Assembly (NCBI GenBank): GCA_964016885.1
Contig: OZ024745.1
Location: 97,588,001-97,652,000, forward strand
Direction: 5' to 3'
DNA: 64,000 nucleotides
Source: Eledone cirrhosa
Lineage: Eukaryota
The position numbers and the translations under genes are program-made. Positions 41,103-54,551 of this stretch are shown here, piece by piece. The first letter of the stretch is position 1, and every line of letters begins with the position of its first letter. The notes under the pieces are model-generated. The model was not told the origin of the DNA and did not search any database. It saw only the letters and a list, made by a program, of their open reading frames with translations.

Positions 41103-41360
41103 ATGTATATATACATATATATATACATATATATACATATATATATATGTGTGTGTGTGTGTGTCAATAGGCATGTATGTGAACAAACACTATCTTAAAC
41201 ACTCACATACACGACAGAATATGAAATTCTAATTTTAGCCACGTGGTTCAGGTTCACTTCTCAACCAGGAGGTGTCGTCTCACGCATCCGTAGGATGTCA
41301 AATGACTCCTGGATGAAATTTAGTAGATGGAAACTATGTAAGAATCCTGCCAGACATACA

Positions 41361-41422
<62 letters not shown>

Positions 41423-41436
41423 CATATATATATATA

Positions 41437-41906
41437 CTAGCAGTGGTACTCGGCGTTGCACGGGATAAGGTATTTTGGAACGCGAGCCGCCAATAGACCT
41501 AATCGTGGAAAAACTGCATGTCTGGACAATATGTAAAGAAAATGAACCGAATACTCTGATGGCTGGATAATCTTTAAGATTTTCCTCGATGAAGGAGGAA
41601 AAATGCAGGTTTTCGCCTAATGCGGGCCCTAGGGGATCAAGAAAATGAATATTTTTTATGTGCATAATATGCCTTGACATTTCGGGAAAAATGGGCTAGA
41701 CGTAACGCCTCGAAAAATCCCTAAAAAGCTGAAAAAACGCAGTCTTTCACCTAATGCGGGCCCTAGGGTATCAAATGTTGAATGTTATGTGCATAACACT
41801 TCCTGAACCATAAGTAATACACATGTAAAGTTTGAAAAAAATCGGTTGGGTACTTCTCGAGTTTTAGGTATTCAAACTCACAGACACACACACACACACA
41901 GACATC

Positions 41907-41979
<73 letters not shown>

Positions 41980-41980
41980 A
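41437..41980 (-). mobile_element. Non-autonomous Helitron
   Basis: Minus-strand 3' end cccgtgcaacgccgagtaccactgCTAG|t (subterminal hairpin plus CTAG); 5' region (ta)n-aaactgaggatgtctgtgtg; exact 5' end uncertain. Confidence 0.8.
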
Positions 41981-42099
41981 ATAACATCAATATCTTTCTT
42001 AATGTTATTCTTATACTGAATCTCCATCGTATCTACAAACTACGAATGTAGAGAGATTTCTCCTGTTTACTCCTGTTTTTACCAAAACAAATTCTACTG

Positions 42100-42188
<89 letters not shown>

Positions 42189-42358
42189 TTATTTATTTAT
42201 ATATAAACTAGCTGTTGAAACGGCAAAAGGTCAACCGTCGGGTCCCGACTCATTATAATATAGACATACTCTACTACCCCAAGTATCGAGTACTCTATTG
42301 AATAATGGTCTAACTAGTTTTAAACCGAATTTTATCCTGATTTATATATACACATACA

Positions 42359-42421
<63 letters not shown>

Positions 42422-42813
42422 GCACACACAAACATACATTCCTACCTGCCACTCTTAATTTTCTTTCATAATTTACCATTTTATATTCAGCACTTCAAGT
42501 GATACATGAAGAATGTGCTGAAGGATTTTCATTGGAGAGGAAAAGATTTTATCTGAGATCATTCAGTTCTTGATCTCTATATCTTTGCAAATATTTCGTT
42601 GGAGCTAACAGACTAGGTCAGGGCTTTCCAAAAATGTTACATTTGAAAATATACTTTCTAAAAATAAAAACAAAAAATTCGTTACTCTAAGTTTTGTTAA
42701 TGACGTGAATTTAACGAAATTTATTAATATAATTTTAAGCGTGTAACCTTTTTAGAACACCCAAAATATTCTCATTGAATTAGATAGCCAACTGACATAC
42801 ATACATACATACA

Positions 42814-43377
42814 TGATGGCTGCCCCCTCGTTATCGAGTATGGCCATTGCACGTTATACCAATATTAATAATTATCGTGCAATGCCTGTGCGTGAAGATA
42901 TTTTTTTAAAGTGAGGAAAGACTGTGCACTGAGCCAATCCCACTCTCTGAGCGACAGTAGCTATAACCCGAAAAGAAGAAAAGATCAACATCATCGGTAA
43001 CTACTGAGCCGCAGGATTTATATCGGAGTTATCCCAGTTTCCTGTGTTGCCTTCTCCTAGAAGAATGCCCTGACAAAGGCTAGGGGTCCTTCACTCCCAG
43101 TGGTTCAACCGCGCTATCGGGTGCCCAGCCCGACTTTCTCTATGTCCCCGCGCATATACATACACATGCAGCCATGTATATACACATATACATACATATG
43201 TACATGTGTATATACATATTTACACACTTCTGGATGTCCGTTGACTCTTATGAGTTCTTCCGCTCTTTGTCAGGTTTTGTTGTTTGTCCTGCAGGGTATC
43301 CAAAAATCACCCACCTCACCAAGTAAACTTGGTGGGGTTGCCGGTTTAGTCGCCGATGACCCGACTATGCGACAGGT
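42814..43377 (-). mobile_element. Non-autonomous RTE-derived element (5'-truncated, long variant)
   Basis: Matches the other copies and retains an extra ~85-bp segment at 43115-43200. Confidence 0.9.
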
Positions 43378-43558
43378 ACATTCATACATACGTGCGTACG
43401 TACACATACATACATATGTTCGTACGTAAACATATATACATACATGCATACAATCATGCATACATACATAAATACAAACATGCATACATATATATACCTA
43501 CATACATATACATATGTCCCTATACATATGTATGTATGTATGTACGTATGTATGTATG

Positions 43559-44060
43559 TTCTTCTAGTTTTATAATTTCACACATTTTTACCAAGAGAGA
43601 GAGAGTCGGTTTCTAACATAGACACAAGACTCTCATTGAAATTTACACAACATGAACTAGGTAGATTATGTATGCATGCATGGATGTATGCATGCATTTA
43701 TGCATGTGTAGATATGGATGTTATTGTATGTGTGGATGTGTATGTTTTGAGTTGTGTGTGTGCATGTGTATATGCTTTGTATCTGTTCATGTGTATATGC
43801 AGTTATTAGATGCAACATTTTTGGAATGTTTTACATATTTTTACTGTTCCATTAATGGATTGTACTTATAATTTCCTAACTAGTTGTGTTCTTTCTGTTC
43901 CTGTGAAGCCCAGCTTCTCAAAATTTGTATTGAGGCAGTTACTAACATACCCCAGTGCCCCAATAATCACAGGGCATACATCTGAAGGTGTAATCAGGGT
44001 GGAGTATCTGCAGATTTCTCATCAGTTCTCCATAAATATTCTCCTTCATAATATTCTCCT
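43559..44060 (-). mobile_element. R4/Dong-like LINE 3' fragment (family A)
   Basis: Reverse complement of 58005-58290; retains ~170 bp of ORF end deleted in the long copy; TATG repeats on both sides. Confidence 0.9.
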
Positions 44061-44087
44061 ATGTATGTATGTATGTATGTATGTATG

Positions 44088-44118
<31 letters not shown>

Positions 44119-44155
44119 GTATGCATGTATGTATGTATGCATGTATGTTTGTATG

Positions 44156-44628
44156 TCAGGTCACACTCGAGTGCTACTCGTAACATGTAACCCAGTGCAA
44201 CCTGTCGTATGGTCGTGTCGTCGGCGACTAAACCCGCAATCAACCAAGTTTACTTGGTGAGGTGGGTGATTTTGGACACCCTGCAGGACAAAATATAAAA
44301 CCTGACTAAGGGCGGAAAAACTCATAAGAGTCAACGGCCATCCAAAAGTGTATAAATATGTATATACACATGTACATATGTATGTATATGTGTATATACA
44401 TGGGTGTATGTGTATGTATATGCGCGGGGACATAGAAATAGTCGGGCTGGACACCCGATTGCGCAGTTAAACCACCGGGAGTGAAGGACCTCTAGCCTTT
44501 GTCGGGGCATTCTTCTCGGAGAAGGCAACTCAGGAAACTGGATTAACTCCGACATAAAACCTGCAGCCCAGTAGTTACCGAAAATGTTGATCTTTTCTTC
44601 TTTTCATGTTATAGCGACTGTTGCTCAA
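44156..44628 (+). mobile_element. Non-autonomous RTE-derived element (3'-truncated)
   Basis: Reverse complement of the 42945-43377 and 39810-40190 segments. Confidence 0.9.
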
Positions 44629-44629
44629 T

Positions 44630-47600
44630 AGGGGGGAAACCTCCGAGGGTTACTCGTGGTGAAAACAACACAAAAGACCACGGCTACCCTGACCACCAGG
44701 GCAAGCGCCCTCTCTCAATTTTTCCATTTCTCAAACTACAGGCGTATATTCAGACCGCACCCGTTCACTCGGACCATTCTCGCTACATTCATCCACCTTT
44801 CAACAAACTTACTAGAAGATAGCACTTGCCTCTCCACCCTGATTTTCCTCTTCAAGTGAAACTTGAAAAAGTTAATCAGGAATTGGTCGAAGATCCTTTC
44901 AACCTTGTCCACCACACAATCTCTTTCGCCATGGCCACCAGGCAGATGAAAACTGCCTGCCCTTCCTCCTCTTTAAAGGAGGATGGCGGGGCTATCTGCA
45001 CAATGGACTCAGTCGATAACCGGATCCGCCCTACACGCGACAGCAGCTGTTCGACATAGCTCCACAAGTTAGCAATGCTTGGGCACTGAACGAGTGTCTC
45101 CAGGACGGTTTCGTCGCCCTGCGCGCATCTCGGACAGGCTCGGCTGACAGCACCTCCGTGCCTGTTGAGTTAATCCCGAACCGGCAACGCTCCCCGGTAG
45201 CACTGCCAGGCCAGGGATTTCTGGAAGTTGTCCATAGGAACCGGTCTGAAAGTTCTCTTGAAGAGAGCGAACAGCTAATCGTCTTCGACGCTCAGGGTCT
45301 TCCCGAGAACGTCGTCGATCTTTCCCTCCACCAGTCCTCTATAGAACGCCAAGGTGGATGTTCCGCCGATACTAGTGCCCAGCTGGTAGAGGGCGGTGAG
45401 CGCTTGGAGACATTCCAGCTTCCAAGCTCTATCCCTCGGTCTTTTCCTGATCCAGGACTGCAGCTCCGTCAAAGAGACGAGCTGGGGAAAAACGCGTCTG
45501 GCAAACAGCGACAACACCTGTTCACAGTCAAGGAAGCACCAGAGATGTCGCAGCCTCAGCGCATGTTTGCGCATCATCAGCCACGGCATGCCTAGTCCTC
45601 CACGCAACGGGTGTTGACAGCAAATGGATCGTCTGACCATGGGAGACCGTTCCTTCCACAAAAAGCGGAAGAGAAGGCGCTCCATTTTGGTCAGCGTTGG
45701 GCGGGTCAAGGTACGACGGTCAGGCGGTAGCACATGACGGACGCGATGTACGCATTCGCCACCTCCGCCCGACCTTTCAGAGACAGCCTCCTCTCGGCCC
45801 ATTTCTGAGTGAGAGAGGCCACCCTGCTCGTCACCTCGCTCCAGTTTTTCTCCATCTGGAGGTCCTGACCGAACCAGACCCCGAGCAATTTAACCGGTCC
45901 TTCGGTCCAGCGCCCCACGACGCTGTCGGACGGCATGGACTTGTCTCTTCAGGTGCCAAGTTGCAAGCCCACCGACTTTTCCTGGTTTATCTTTGCTCCT
46001 GTCACCACTTCGTATTCCTTGAGAGCGGTGCCGAGCATCTGTGCGTGTTTGGTGCTCGACACCACCACGGTGACGTCATCGGCGTAAGCTGACACGGATC
46101 TCCCGCATCCCAGTTCGCGTGGGACCCCCACTCATCGTCTCCAATTTGTGCAGTAACGGCCAGTACGTACAAGAGGGACGAGAGAGGGCAACCCTGGCGG
46201 ACCGAGCGCATGATGTTGAAAGGCTGTGACCGGTGACCATTCACCCTCACAAGAGAGCAGATGTCGCTGTGCACCGCAGCGATCCAGCCCCTAAAAACGG
46301 GCCCGAAGCCGGCCGCCTCGAGGACCGCAGCCAGGTACCGATGGTCGACCCTATCGAATGCTTTAGATTGATCCAAGTTGATCAGCCCCCCCCCCCCCGT
46401 TCCAGGTTCCTTAACCATCCTCTCTATGATGTATCGCAGGAGATGGAGGTTGTCGTGGATGGATCTGTCCGGGTGGCGCATGTATGCGCCTCTCCCACCA
46501 GATCACCGACGACAAGCGCCAATCTCTTTGCTAACACCTTGGCCAAAATCTTAAACTCTGAAGTTGTCTATAACGTCCCTCTTGTTCGGGTCTTTTCTCA
46601 GCAGCGCCACCACTCCCCGACTCACAAAACTTGGAATGCTCCTGTTCTGTTGCCAGTTGCAGTAGACATCTGCCAAGAGGTCACCGAACAAGTCTGGCAT
46701 ATACGCATAAAGCTCGTAGGGCAGACCATCCAAACCTGGCGATTTAACCCTCGTGTAGTCACACATCGCTTCCCGTATTTCACCTGCTGTTATCGGCTTT
46801 TCGCAGCACTGCGCTGCGGTCGTCGAGAGCCGCGGCAGTCCATCGAGGTATGACCGAAGTTCATACTCCGATCCGGCCCGCCGCCGCTCCCGAACAATTG
46901 AGCAAAGTGCTGTTGAAAAGCCGCACACATCTGCTCGGGTTCGAGCAACATGCGCCCGTTTTGATCAGGCAAAGACCGAATTGTGCGCTTGTTGCCACGT
47001 CGCGCCTCCACCACCCGGGCCCATTGAACGGCTTTCGTCTCCTCGTATCTGAGAGCACGCGCTCTACCTCTGACAATGCAGCCTTCATGCTTTGCGTTGA
47101 AGAATTGGTCGAGTGCCAATCTCGCCGCAAGCACGTCGGTTGCGATGCCTGTCCTAAATGCTTCTAGCTTTCTAACTAACTCTCCCTCCAGTATATTTTC
47201 CGCTATCACTACTCCTTTGCTAAATCTTATCGATTCTACTCTAATAACCATTTTCAGGGTAAACCACCACCTGTTGTTGACGATCGCACTCGTCAACGCA
47301 CGCTTAACTAATTCGCTAATCCGGTCTCTGTAAGCTTTGCGCGCCGGGAACGACGCGTTCAGCTTCCAGTAGCCGGGCCCTTACCTATGGAGTCTATCTA
47401 ACTTAACTTCACAGATCACAAATTTGTAGTCGACTACTTTAAATTGTGGACAACCTACACTAGCCTTATCTGTTTCCCCTACAGAATACCTTATCTAAAT
47501 ACGATCTGGATGACCATTGGCATATTCGGATAAACCAGTCTATACTTGTCAGACAGTTCAAAACGTCTGAGCAGGTTGTTGAGGCTTTTACATCCTCCTG

Positions 47601-50300
47601 CCCTGTCTACTAGCCCCACATAATCCCAGCGTACATCTAAGATACCGTTCCAGTCGCACACTAGCGGGACGTTACAAGAAAGGTCTCTAGACGTCTGAAG
47701 AAATCTGGCCGTCATGCCCCTGTTGGGGCGTAGACGGTTACTAGCCGGAAAGCATTGCCTTCGCAGCCGGTTACGTCCAGCACCACCGACTTACCTTCTG
47801 GGTCCAGGGTAGATGGCCCGTATGGCGAGATCCAAGCCTCTCCGAAAAAGGACGACAACCCTTTCCCCCCCCCCCCCCCCCCCCGATCCTGGACGGCTGG
47901 GAGATGCGTATACATCGTAGCCGCCGAAGATCGGTGCGAAGGCTCGTGCTTCGGAGATTCTAGTTTCGCTGATGGCGACTACATCTACATTTAGTGACCT
48001 GAGGTCTTTGAGCAGGTGACCCTGCTTCCAAGATGACCCCAGGTCACGTACAGTTATACTGCCTATTCTAAGTACTGCCATGTTGGATGAGAAACGGGGT
48101 AAGTGAGAAAGGATAACTTACCTTGATCGTGTGGTGAAGGGACAGCAGAACCGTCCCTTTGGCTGGTCATGGGTGTTTCCAAGAGGATGTCGGTGTATAT
48201 CCTCTTGGTAACCGACCCTCCAACTGCGTTGGGAATTTTTCTTTTAAAAGTTTGTACTGTTCTATTTTGATTTCTATGATGTTTATGTTTTTCGGGAGAG
48301 TTCTTGGTGTTGGTGGGGTGTAGTAGATTTTTGTGTGATGTCTGTGTGCTGCTTTATATGTTGTAAGAGTTCTTTATTTGCCATGTTTATGGCTGTGTAC
48401 GTTTTGGGGAGGAGGTGTGGTTTTGTTGCTGTTTTCTTGTTGTTGCTGTTGGGTGTGTGTGTTTTATTGTGTTTGCGATTTGGTGTTTTTTGGTGATGCT
48501 GGTGGTGGTGTGGTTGTTGTTGGTGGTGATGCTTGTGGTGGTGATGGTGATGGTGGTGGTGTTGCTGCAAGTCTCTTTGCAGCGTTTACCCTTCTTGTTT
48601 GTCTTCGCTTTTGGAGGGTGAAGCTAAGGGGTTTTCCTTTTTTGTTTTTTGTGGCAGACCGCCTGCCACTTCCCTCCCGCCTCATATTCCATGCCGGATT
48701 CCGTGGCGTCTGGGAGGGGAATGAGCTCCACTGCTGTTGGTGGTAGTAGTGGAGCCGGCTCCGGCGATTAGGCCGCCGGTGTAGCTACTGCGACTGTTGG
48801 TGTTGCCGCCACTGCTGCCGCTGTTTTAGTTGTCCGTGGCCTTGGTATGGGTGCCACGGACGTTGCCCTCCTATTCACCATGGAAGGGTCTTCTGCCTCT
48901 GTTGCCTGCCCTGCTCTTGGTAGCAGCGGATCCGGCGTCGGAAGGAGGAGGGCCTTCTTCTTGGCTGTCTTCTGCGGCAGAAAGCCCTAAGGTGACCTTT
49001 CTGTCCACAGAGATAGCACTTTGGGCGCCATCCTTCGACGCTTATAGGGATTTGGAGCCCTTCTTCGAGGTCTATAAATGTCTGGGATTCCCTCGATGCA
49101 CTCCTGGTGAGTCTGTATTAGTATTTGCATGCCTATTCCTGACCAGTTCTCTCTTCCCATTCTCTGTATTTGCAGTATGGTGGTTTTCTCCTCGATTCCA
49201 GCCAGTACAGACGCGGCCAGCCAAGGTATGGGCACGTCGGGAGGGGCCTGGGTCACTTAGACCCTCACAATTTTCTGCACGCAGTAGGAGGGCACCAAAA
49301 CTATCTCCAAAGAGTGAGACTTCGCCTCTTGGGGGGTGGCGAAAAGTACGTCTACTGTGGCGTATTTTTTGCCTCGAGTTATGTGGGATCTGCGCGCCCA
49401 GACGCACCCCTAGGCCTTTGGGATTTGAGCCTCCGTGGCTCTCTCCACCCGATGTGGCATCTTGCTTACGGTGCGGTAAATCACCGTGCGTAGCTGCTGG
49501 TCTTTGAAGAAATCGGGTGGAGGTTTCAGGGAAACTCTATTTTCATTCCTTGTTTCCATGGCTCTTGCGACTGCCATCTCCCCCTCCGTGACTAGCACTG
49601 TTTCTATATTTCGGGCCTCACCTGAGAAAGAAGTGGCCCCTTTATCAGCGGCACCATTATTGCTGCCGCTACTGGTCTTGTTGTTGTTGCTGTTGCTGTT
49701 GCTACTGCTACGAACGGTGTTGTTGGTGTTGTTGCTGTTATCACTATTGTAGTTGGTTGTGTTTTTGGTGCCACCGTTATTGTTGTTTTCGGTGCAATTT
49801 GTATTGATGCTGTTGGTGTTGTCGTGTTTATTTTCTTGTTAGTGGTGTTAATATCCTTGTTGCATTTGTTGTCATTTTTTCTGTTGTCTGTATTTTGGTT
49901 GACGCTATTATTGTTGTAGATGGTGTGGTAATTTTTTCGAAATTAGTGTTCTCAGTGTTGTCTTTGTTCACGTTGTTTGTGGTTGTGTCTGTTGTAACAA
50001 TGTTTGTAACCCTCCTCTCAACTTTTACGCCGTTGTCAGACGACAGCAGACATATTGCTGGGGCTTGGGGGTGGCTCAGCCATGTTTTTTTTTTTTTAAA
50101 CAATTTTTTTTTTAAAGCAAAATGTTCAAATATTTGGGCCAAAAGGCCCAAATATTTTACTTTCCCCTTCACAGGGCAAAGTCTAAGGGCTTATATCCCT
50201 TACACAACAAGAAATATTTAACAACAAATCATTTTAACAGGCAAATAAAGCGACTTACTGGGAGCGAGTAAAAAGCGTCCGAACAGACCGATAATAATAA
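44630..50300 (-). mobile_element. L1/Tx1-clade LINE, near full length, pseudogenised
   Basis: ORF2 from 48081: APE endonuclease (DVVAISETR, VYAP, DWN), RT (KSPGLDGLPYE, LDQSKAFDRVDH, SVRQGCPLS, AYADDV, GGLGMP), terminal Cys motif; degenerate ORF1 ~48120-50085; both ends approximate. Confidence 0.93.
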
Positions 50301-50339
50301 TAAGAAGAAGAAGTATGAAACTGAACATATATCTCTTGT

Positions 50340-50620
50340 GTTCTGGATCTACAAACTCCTTATCAATGAACTCTATATCTCTTTCTCTTGAATTTTTCTT
50401 ACTACGTTGACATCGAGTGGTGTGCAGCTGATTTCCACAACAAAGCATATTTTCAATGTGCTTTAAAAATAATGGGTATGAAATTGGACGTGTATTTTGG
50501 AGAGTTATCCTCTTTCTCTTGTATCTATCTGCTTTACTACATTAATATCGAGTGGATACTTGAGAACATGTTTCCAATTTGTGGTCACAAACAACAATAT
50601 CAAGCTAGATGTTTGACTTT
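50340..50620 (-). mobile_element. Decayed R4/Dong-like endonuclease fragments
   Basis: Minus strand CFVVEISCTPLDVNVVRKIQEKE, matching the 50990-51793 ORF. Confidence 0.7.
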
Positions 50621-50767
50621 GGTACCAGTTTGTATTGACTGTATTGTATTGACTCTGTGTGTGTATGTATGTATGTGTGTATGTATGTGTGTGTATATGT
50701 ATGTATGTATGTGTGTGTATTTGTATGTGTGAGTGTATGTATTGTCAGTATTGTATATATGTATGTA

Positions 50768-50803
<36 letters not shown>

Positions 50804-50909
50804 TGTATGTATGTATGTATGTATGTATGTTTGCATGTATGTTTGTATGTATGTATGTATTGTCAGTATTGTCAGCATTGTCAGTATTGTATGTATGTAT
50901 GTATGTATG

Positions 50910-52004
50910 TTTTTCTCTTTCTCTTAATTTTGAGTATATTTTTGACCGGCCACCTTCCTGGTGGCAAGGTTGTAAAAGAAAAGAAATTGTCATCCCTTGA
51001 ATCGCAAGAATGTTTTGAAAATGTTGAAGGTGCCAACTATCGCAGCCATTTGTAGCCTATGAATTAGGGAGCTGCGCTCTTTGTCCGCAAATCCAAGTTC
51101 AGTTATACATTGGTCCAAGTGGGTTGGTATATAACCCGTAGCTCCAATAATGATGGGTATGAAGCTAAAGGTGTATCTTGGATACTGGATTTGTAAACTC
51201 CACACCAATGGTCCGTAGATGTCCTCCTTCTCCTGTATTTTTCTGACAACGTTTACATCAAGTGGGCAGCTGATCTCCACAACAGAACACGTTTTCAATG
51301 TGTGGTCCCAAACAATAATATCAGGCCGGTTGTGCTTTAATTTGGTGGCAGTTTTTATTTTCAGGTTCCACCAGTATTCCTTAGTGCCATCTGTCTCAAT
51401 ATATTCTTCCTCGTTTGTTTTTAATTTTGTTTTACGAAGTGCGTTCCAGATGGTTCTAGCTATCCCATCGTGTCTCATGGGGAGGTAGTAGCGAAATGAC
51501 ATTCTTTCGCAGCTGGCAACAATGTGGCTTACATCTTCGATCTTTGTTTTACATAGCCTACATTTATTGTCAGTTGATGGCCCTCCTCTTTTGTGCAGCA
51601 GATATTTGGTAGGGAGTTCTTGTTCTTGTATTGCATAGAGATATCCCTCAAGGTGTGATGTCATAAACTTGTCGGTACTCCGTGCCAGGCTTTTTGAGTG
51701 GTTTATCCCCTCTATGGTCTGTGTTTTACAGCTCAAGTATCCATGCACCACTTTTTCTGTAAATTGGTCAATTTTTTCATCTTGTTTGAACATTGAATAG
51801 GATCTTCCGATTTCTCTGGGTGAGAGATTTATATCAGGCTTTATTCCATATCTCTCCTCCAGATCAGTGGCTATCCTAATGATATTTTTTTCTTCATGCT
51901 CATAAACCTAGGCAAGATGGTTGCCAACCTTTTTCCTCTGGTGAAGATATTGCTTCAGTTTTACTATCCGGGTCTCCTATGATGTTAATATGGATTTTAG
52001 ACCC
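50910..52004 (-). mobile_element. R4/Dong-like LINE 3' portion (family B)
   Basis: ORF 50990-51793 with AIQEQEL, CRLC..EDVSHIVASC, RHD, NRPDI (CCHC + RLE); TATG repeats at both junctions. Confidence 0.93.
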
Positions 52005-52015
52005 ATATGTATGTA

Positions 52016-53279
52016 CAGGGTGAGGACGATATTTGTTCGCAATTTTCAACTGGTAATTTTATGCAAATTTTTTATACTTCCGTTGTCACTTTTGTCTTCA
52101 TAAAAACAGTGACTATATTTCCATTATTTATTTTCAGAATAATTGATTATGAATAATTTTGAACCTCCAAATTTGTGGAAGAGACACGGAGTTCTTCTTG
52201 GAATCCGCGCCGGGAGGACAAATAAGGAAATTTCAGACTTTCTCAGCGTCAGCAGGAGAATGGTGGAAAAGGTCAGAAAGGAATTGGAAGATTCAGGATT
52301 CGACTACGAAGCAACATCAGAGAGGAAAACACATGATCGACGATCTGACGCCTTCAGAACGCCCGAGTTCGTCGCTGAAGTTCAGGATATCATCAACAAT
52401 GAACCTAGCAAGTCGATGCGTGCCTTTGCAAGGGAAAAAGGCGTGGATGAAAAGCTCATTAGGCTGGTGGTACATGAAGACATTCGCTACGTTTCATACA
52501 AGATGAGGAAAGGACAATTTCTGTCAAAGGCGATGCAAGAAAAGCGACTTAAGCACGCAAAGAAGCTGATCAACAAGTTGAAACACCCACTGGAGCCAGA
52601 CATGCTGTTGTTTTTCTCCGACGAGAAAAACGTTTGCCAAGACCAGAAGATCAACTCCCAGAACAACAGGTGGCTCGCTGTTTCATCCAAAGACGAGCCC
52701 AGAGTCATGCAGACAAAGTTTCCAGCGACAACATTGGTCTTAGGTGTCGTCAGCAGTCAAGGTGACGTCATGCCACCTCACCTCTTCCCTGAGCGAGGTA
52801 GTAAAGCCCTGAATCGACCAGGTAGCTGCAGGTAGGCCATACGTGTGGCAGCAAGACTCAGCGCCCTGCCATACCGGCCGAAAGACCCAAGCCTAGCTGT
52901 CAGAGAACTTCGTCGATCACACTTCACCTGACATCTGGCCTCCCAGCTCGCCTGACTGCAACACCCTCGACTTCTTTGTGTGGGGCACAGTGGAACGAGA
53001 CACCAACAGATCTAGTTGCAATACGAAAAACGATCTGAAGGCCAGGATCACAAATGCCTTTAGGGGCCTAAGTCGGGGACAGTGACGAAGGCATGTATCC
53101 AGTTCCGAGGCCGCCTTGAGGCCGTCATCAAAGCCAATGGCGAGTTTATGGAGTGAGATCAAAAGAACAAGTTATGAAGACAAACTGACCCAAGTTTGAT
53201 AAATATATCTTAAAAATAAAACTACTGTGTTAATTTTTCATAGACAGTAATCTTGCGAACAAATATCGTCCACACCCTG
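52016..53279 (+). mobile_element. Tc1/mariner transposon, DD37D (maT) type, defective
   Basis: TIRs cagggtg.ggacgatatttgttcgcaa / ttgcgaacaaatatcgtccacaccctg, TA TSD; transposase with FSDEK, WQQDSAPCH, WPPSSPDCNTLD; 37 residues between the second and third D. Confidence 0.95.
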
Positions 53280-53285
53280 TATGTA

Positions 53286-53322
<37 letters not shown>

Positions 53323-53369
53323 ATGTATGTATGTATGTATGTATGTATGTATGTATGTATGTATGTATG

Positions 53370-53977
53370 TCAGGTGACCAGTTGGTGCTACTGGTAACAT
53401 GTATTCCAGTACAACCTGTCCCATGGTCGGGTCGTTGGCGACTAAACTGGCAACCCCACCAAGGTTTCTTGTGAGGAGGGTGACTTTGGACATCCTGCAG
53501 GACTAAAAACAAAACCTGTCGAAGGGCAAAGGAGCTCTTAAGAGTCAATGGCCATCCAAAATCACCGGGAGAGATGACCCCTTAGCCTTTGTCAAGGCAG
53601 AATTCTAGGAGAATGAAAACTCTGATATAACATCTGCAACCCTGATGGTATCCAATGATGTTGACTTGTTCTTCTTTTTGGTAAATATCATCTTGGTTAA
53701 GAGAGTGGGACTGGCTTTGTGCAGTGCCTTTGCTAACTATAAAAGCTTCACGGCACAGGCATTGCTTTATATCTGGAGATCTCTCTGCACTTGTTGTCAC
53801 ATGGTGCCCTGGGCCCAGCACTATGTGTCAATAATTGTCACAAGTGTAGTGTTTGTACCAGAATTTTCATGTCGCTGGCTGGACTAAAAAGTCACACTCG
53901 TTCAGCGCATCGGTAGGGGTTCTCCTACATGGATATAAAGTAGTGGCCGTACTCGAAAACGAGTTGGCAGCCACCAT
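53370..53977 (+). mobile_element. Diverged RTE-derived non-autonomous element
   Basis: Same 5' block; ctaggagaatgaaaactctga; 3' end gtactcgaaaacgagttggcagccacca followed by (tgta)n. Confidence 0.85.
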
Positions 53978-54100
53978 GTATGTATGTATGTATGTATGTA
54001 TGTATGTATGTATGTATGTATGTATGTATGTATGTATGTATGTATGTATGTATGTATGTTTGTATGTATGGATACAGGCATTCATTCATACATACATATA

Positions 54101-54523
54101 TGATGGCTGCCCCCTCGTTATCGAGTATGGCCATTGCATGATATACCATTATTAATAATTATTAATTAATTCTATCATGCAATGCCTGTGCGTGAAGATA
54201 TTTTTTAAAGTGAGGAAAGACTGTGCACTGAGCCAATACCACTCTCTGAGCGACAGTAGCTATAACCCGAAAAGAAGAAAAGATCAACATCATCGTTAAC
54301 TATTGAGCCGCAGGTTTTATATCGGAGTTAACCCAGTTTCCTGAGCTGCCTTCTCCTAGAACAATGCCCTGACAAAGGCTAGGGGTCCTTCACTCCCAGT
54401 GATTTAACCGCGCGGTACATGTGTATATACATATTTACACACCTTTAGATGGCCGTTGACTCTTTTGAGTTCTTCCACCCTTTATCAGGTTTTGTTTTTT
54501 GTCCTGCAGCGTGTCCAAAATCA
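54101..54523 (-). mobile_element. Non-autonomous RTE-derived element (5'-truncated)
   Basis: Matches 39686-40085. Confidence 0.9.
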
Positions 54524-54551
54524 CATACATACATACATAATACATACATAC

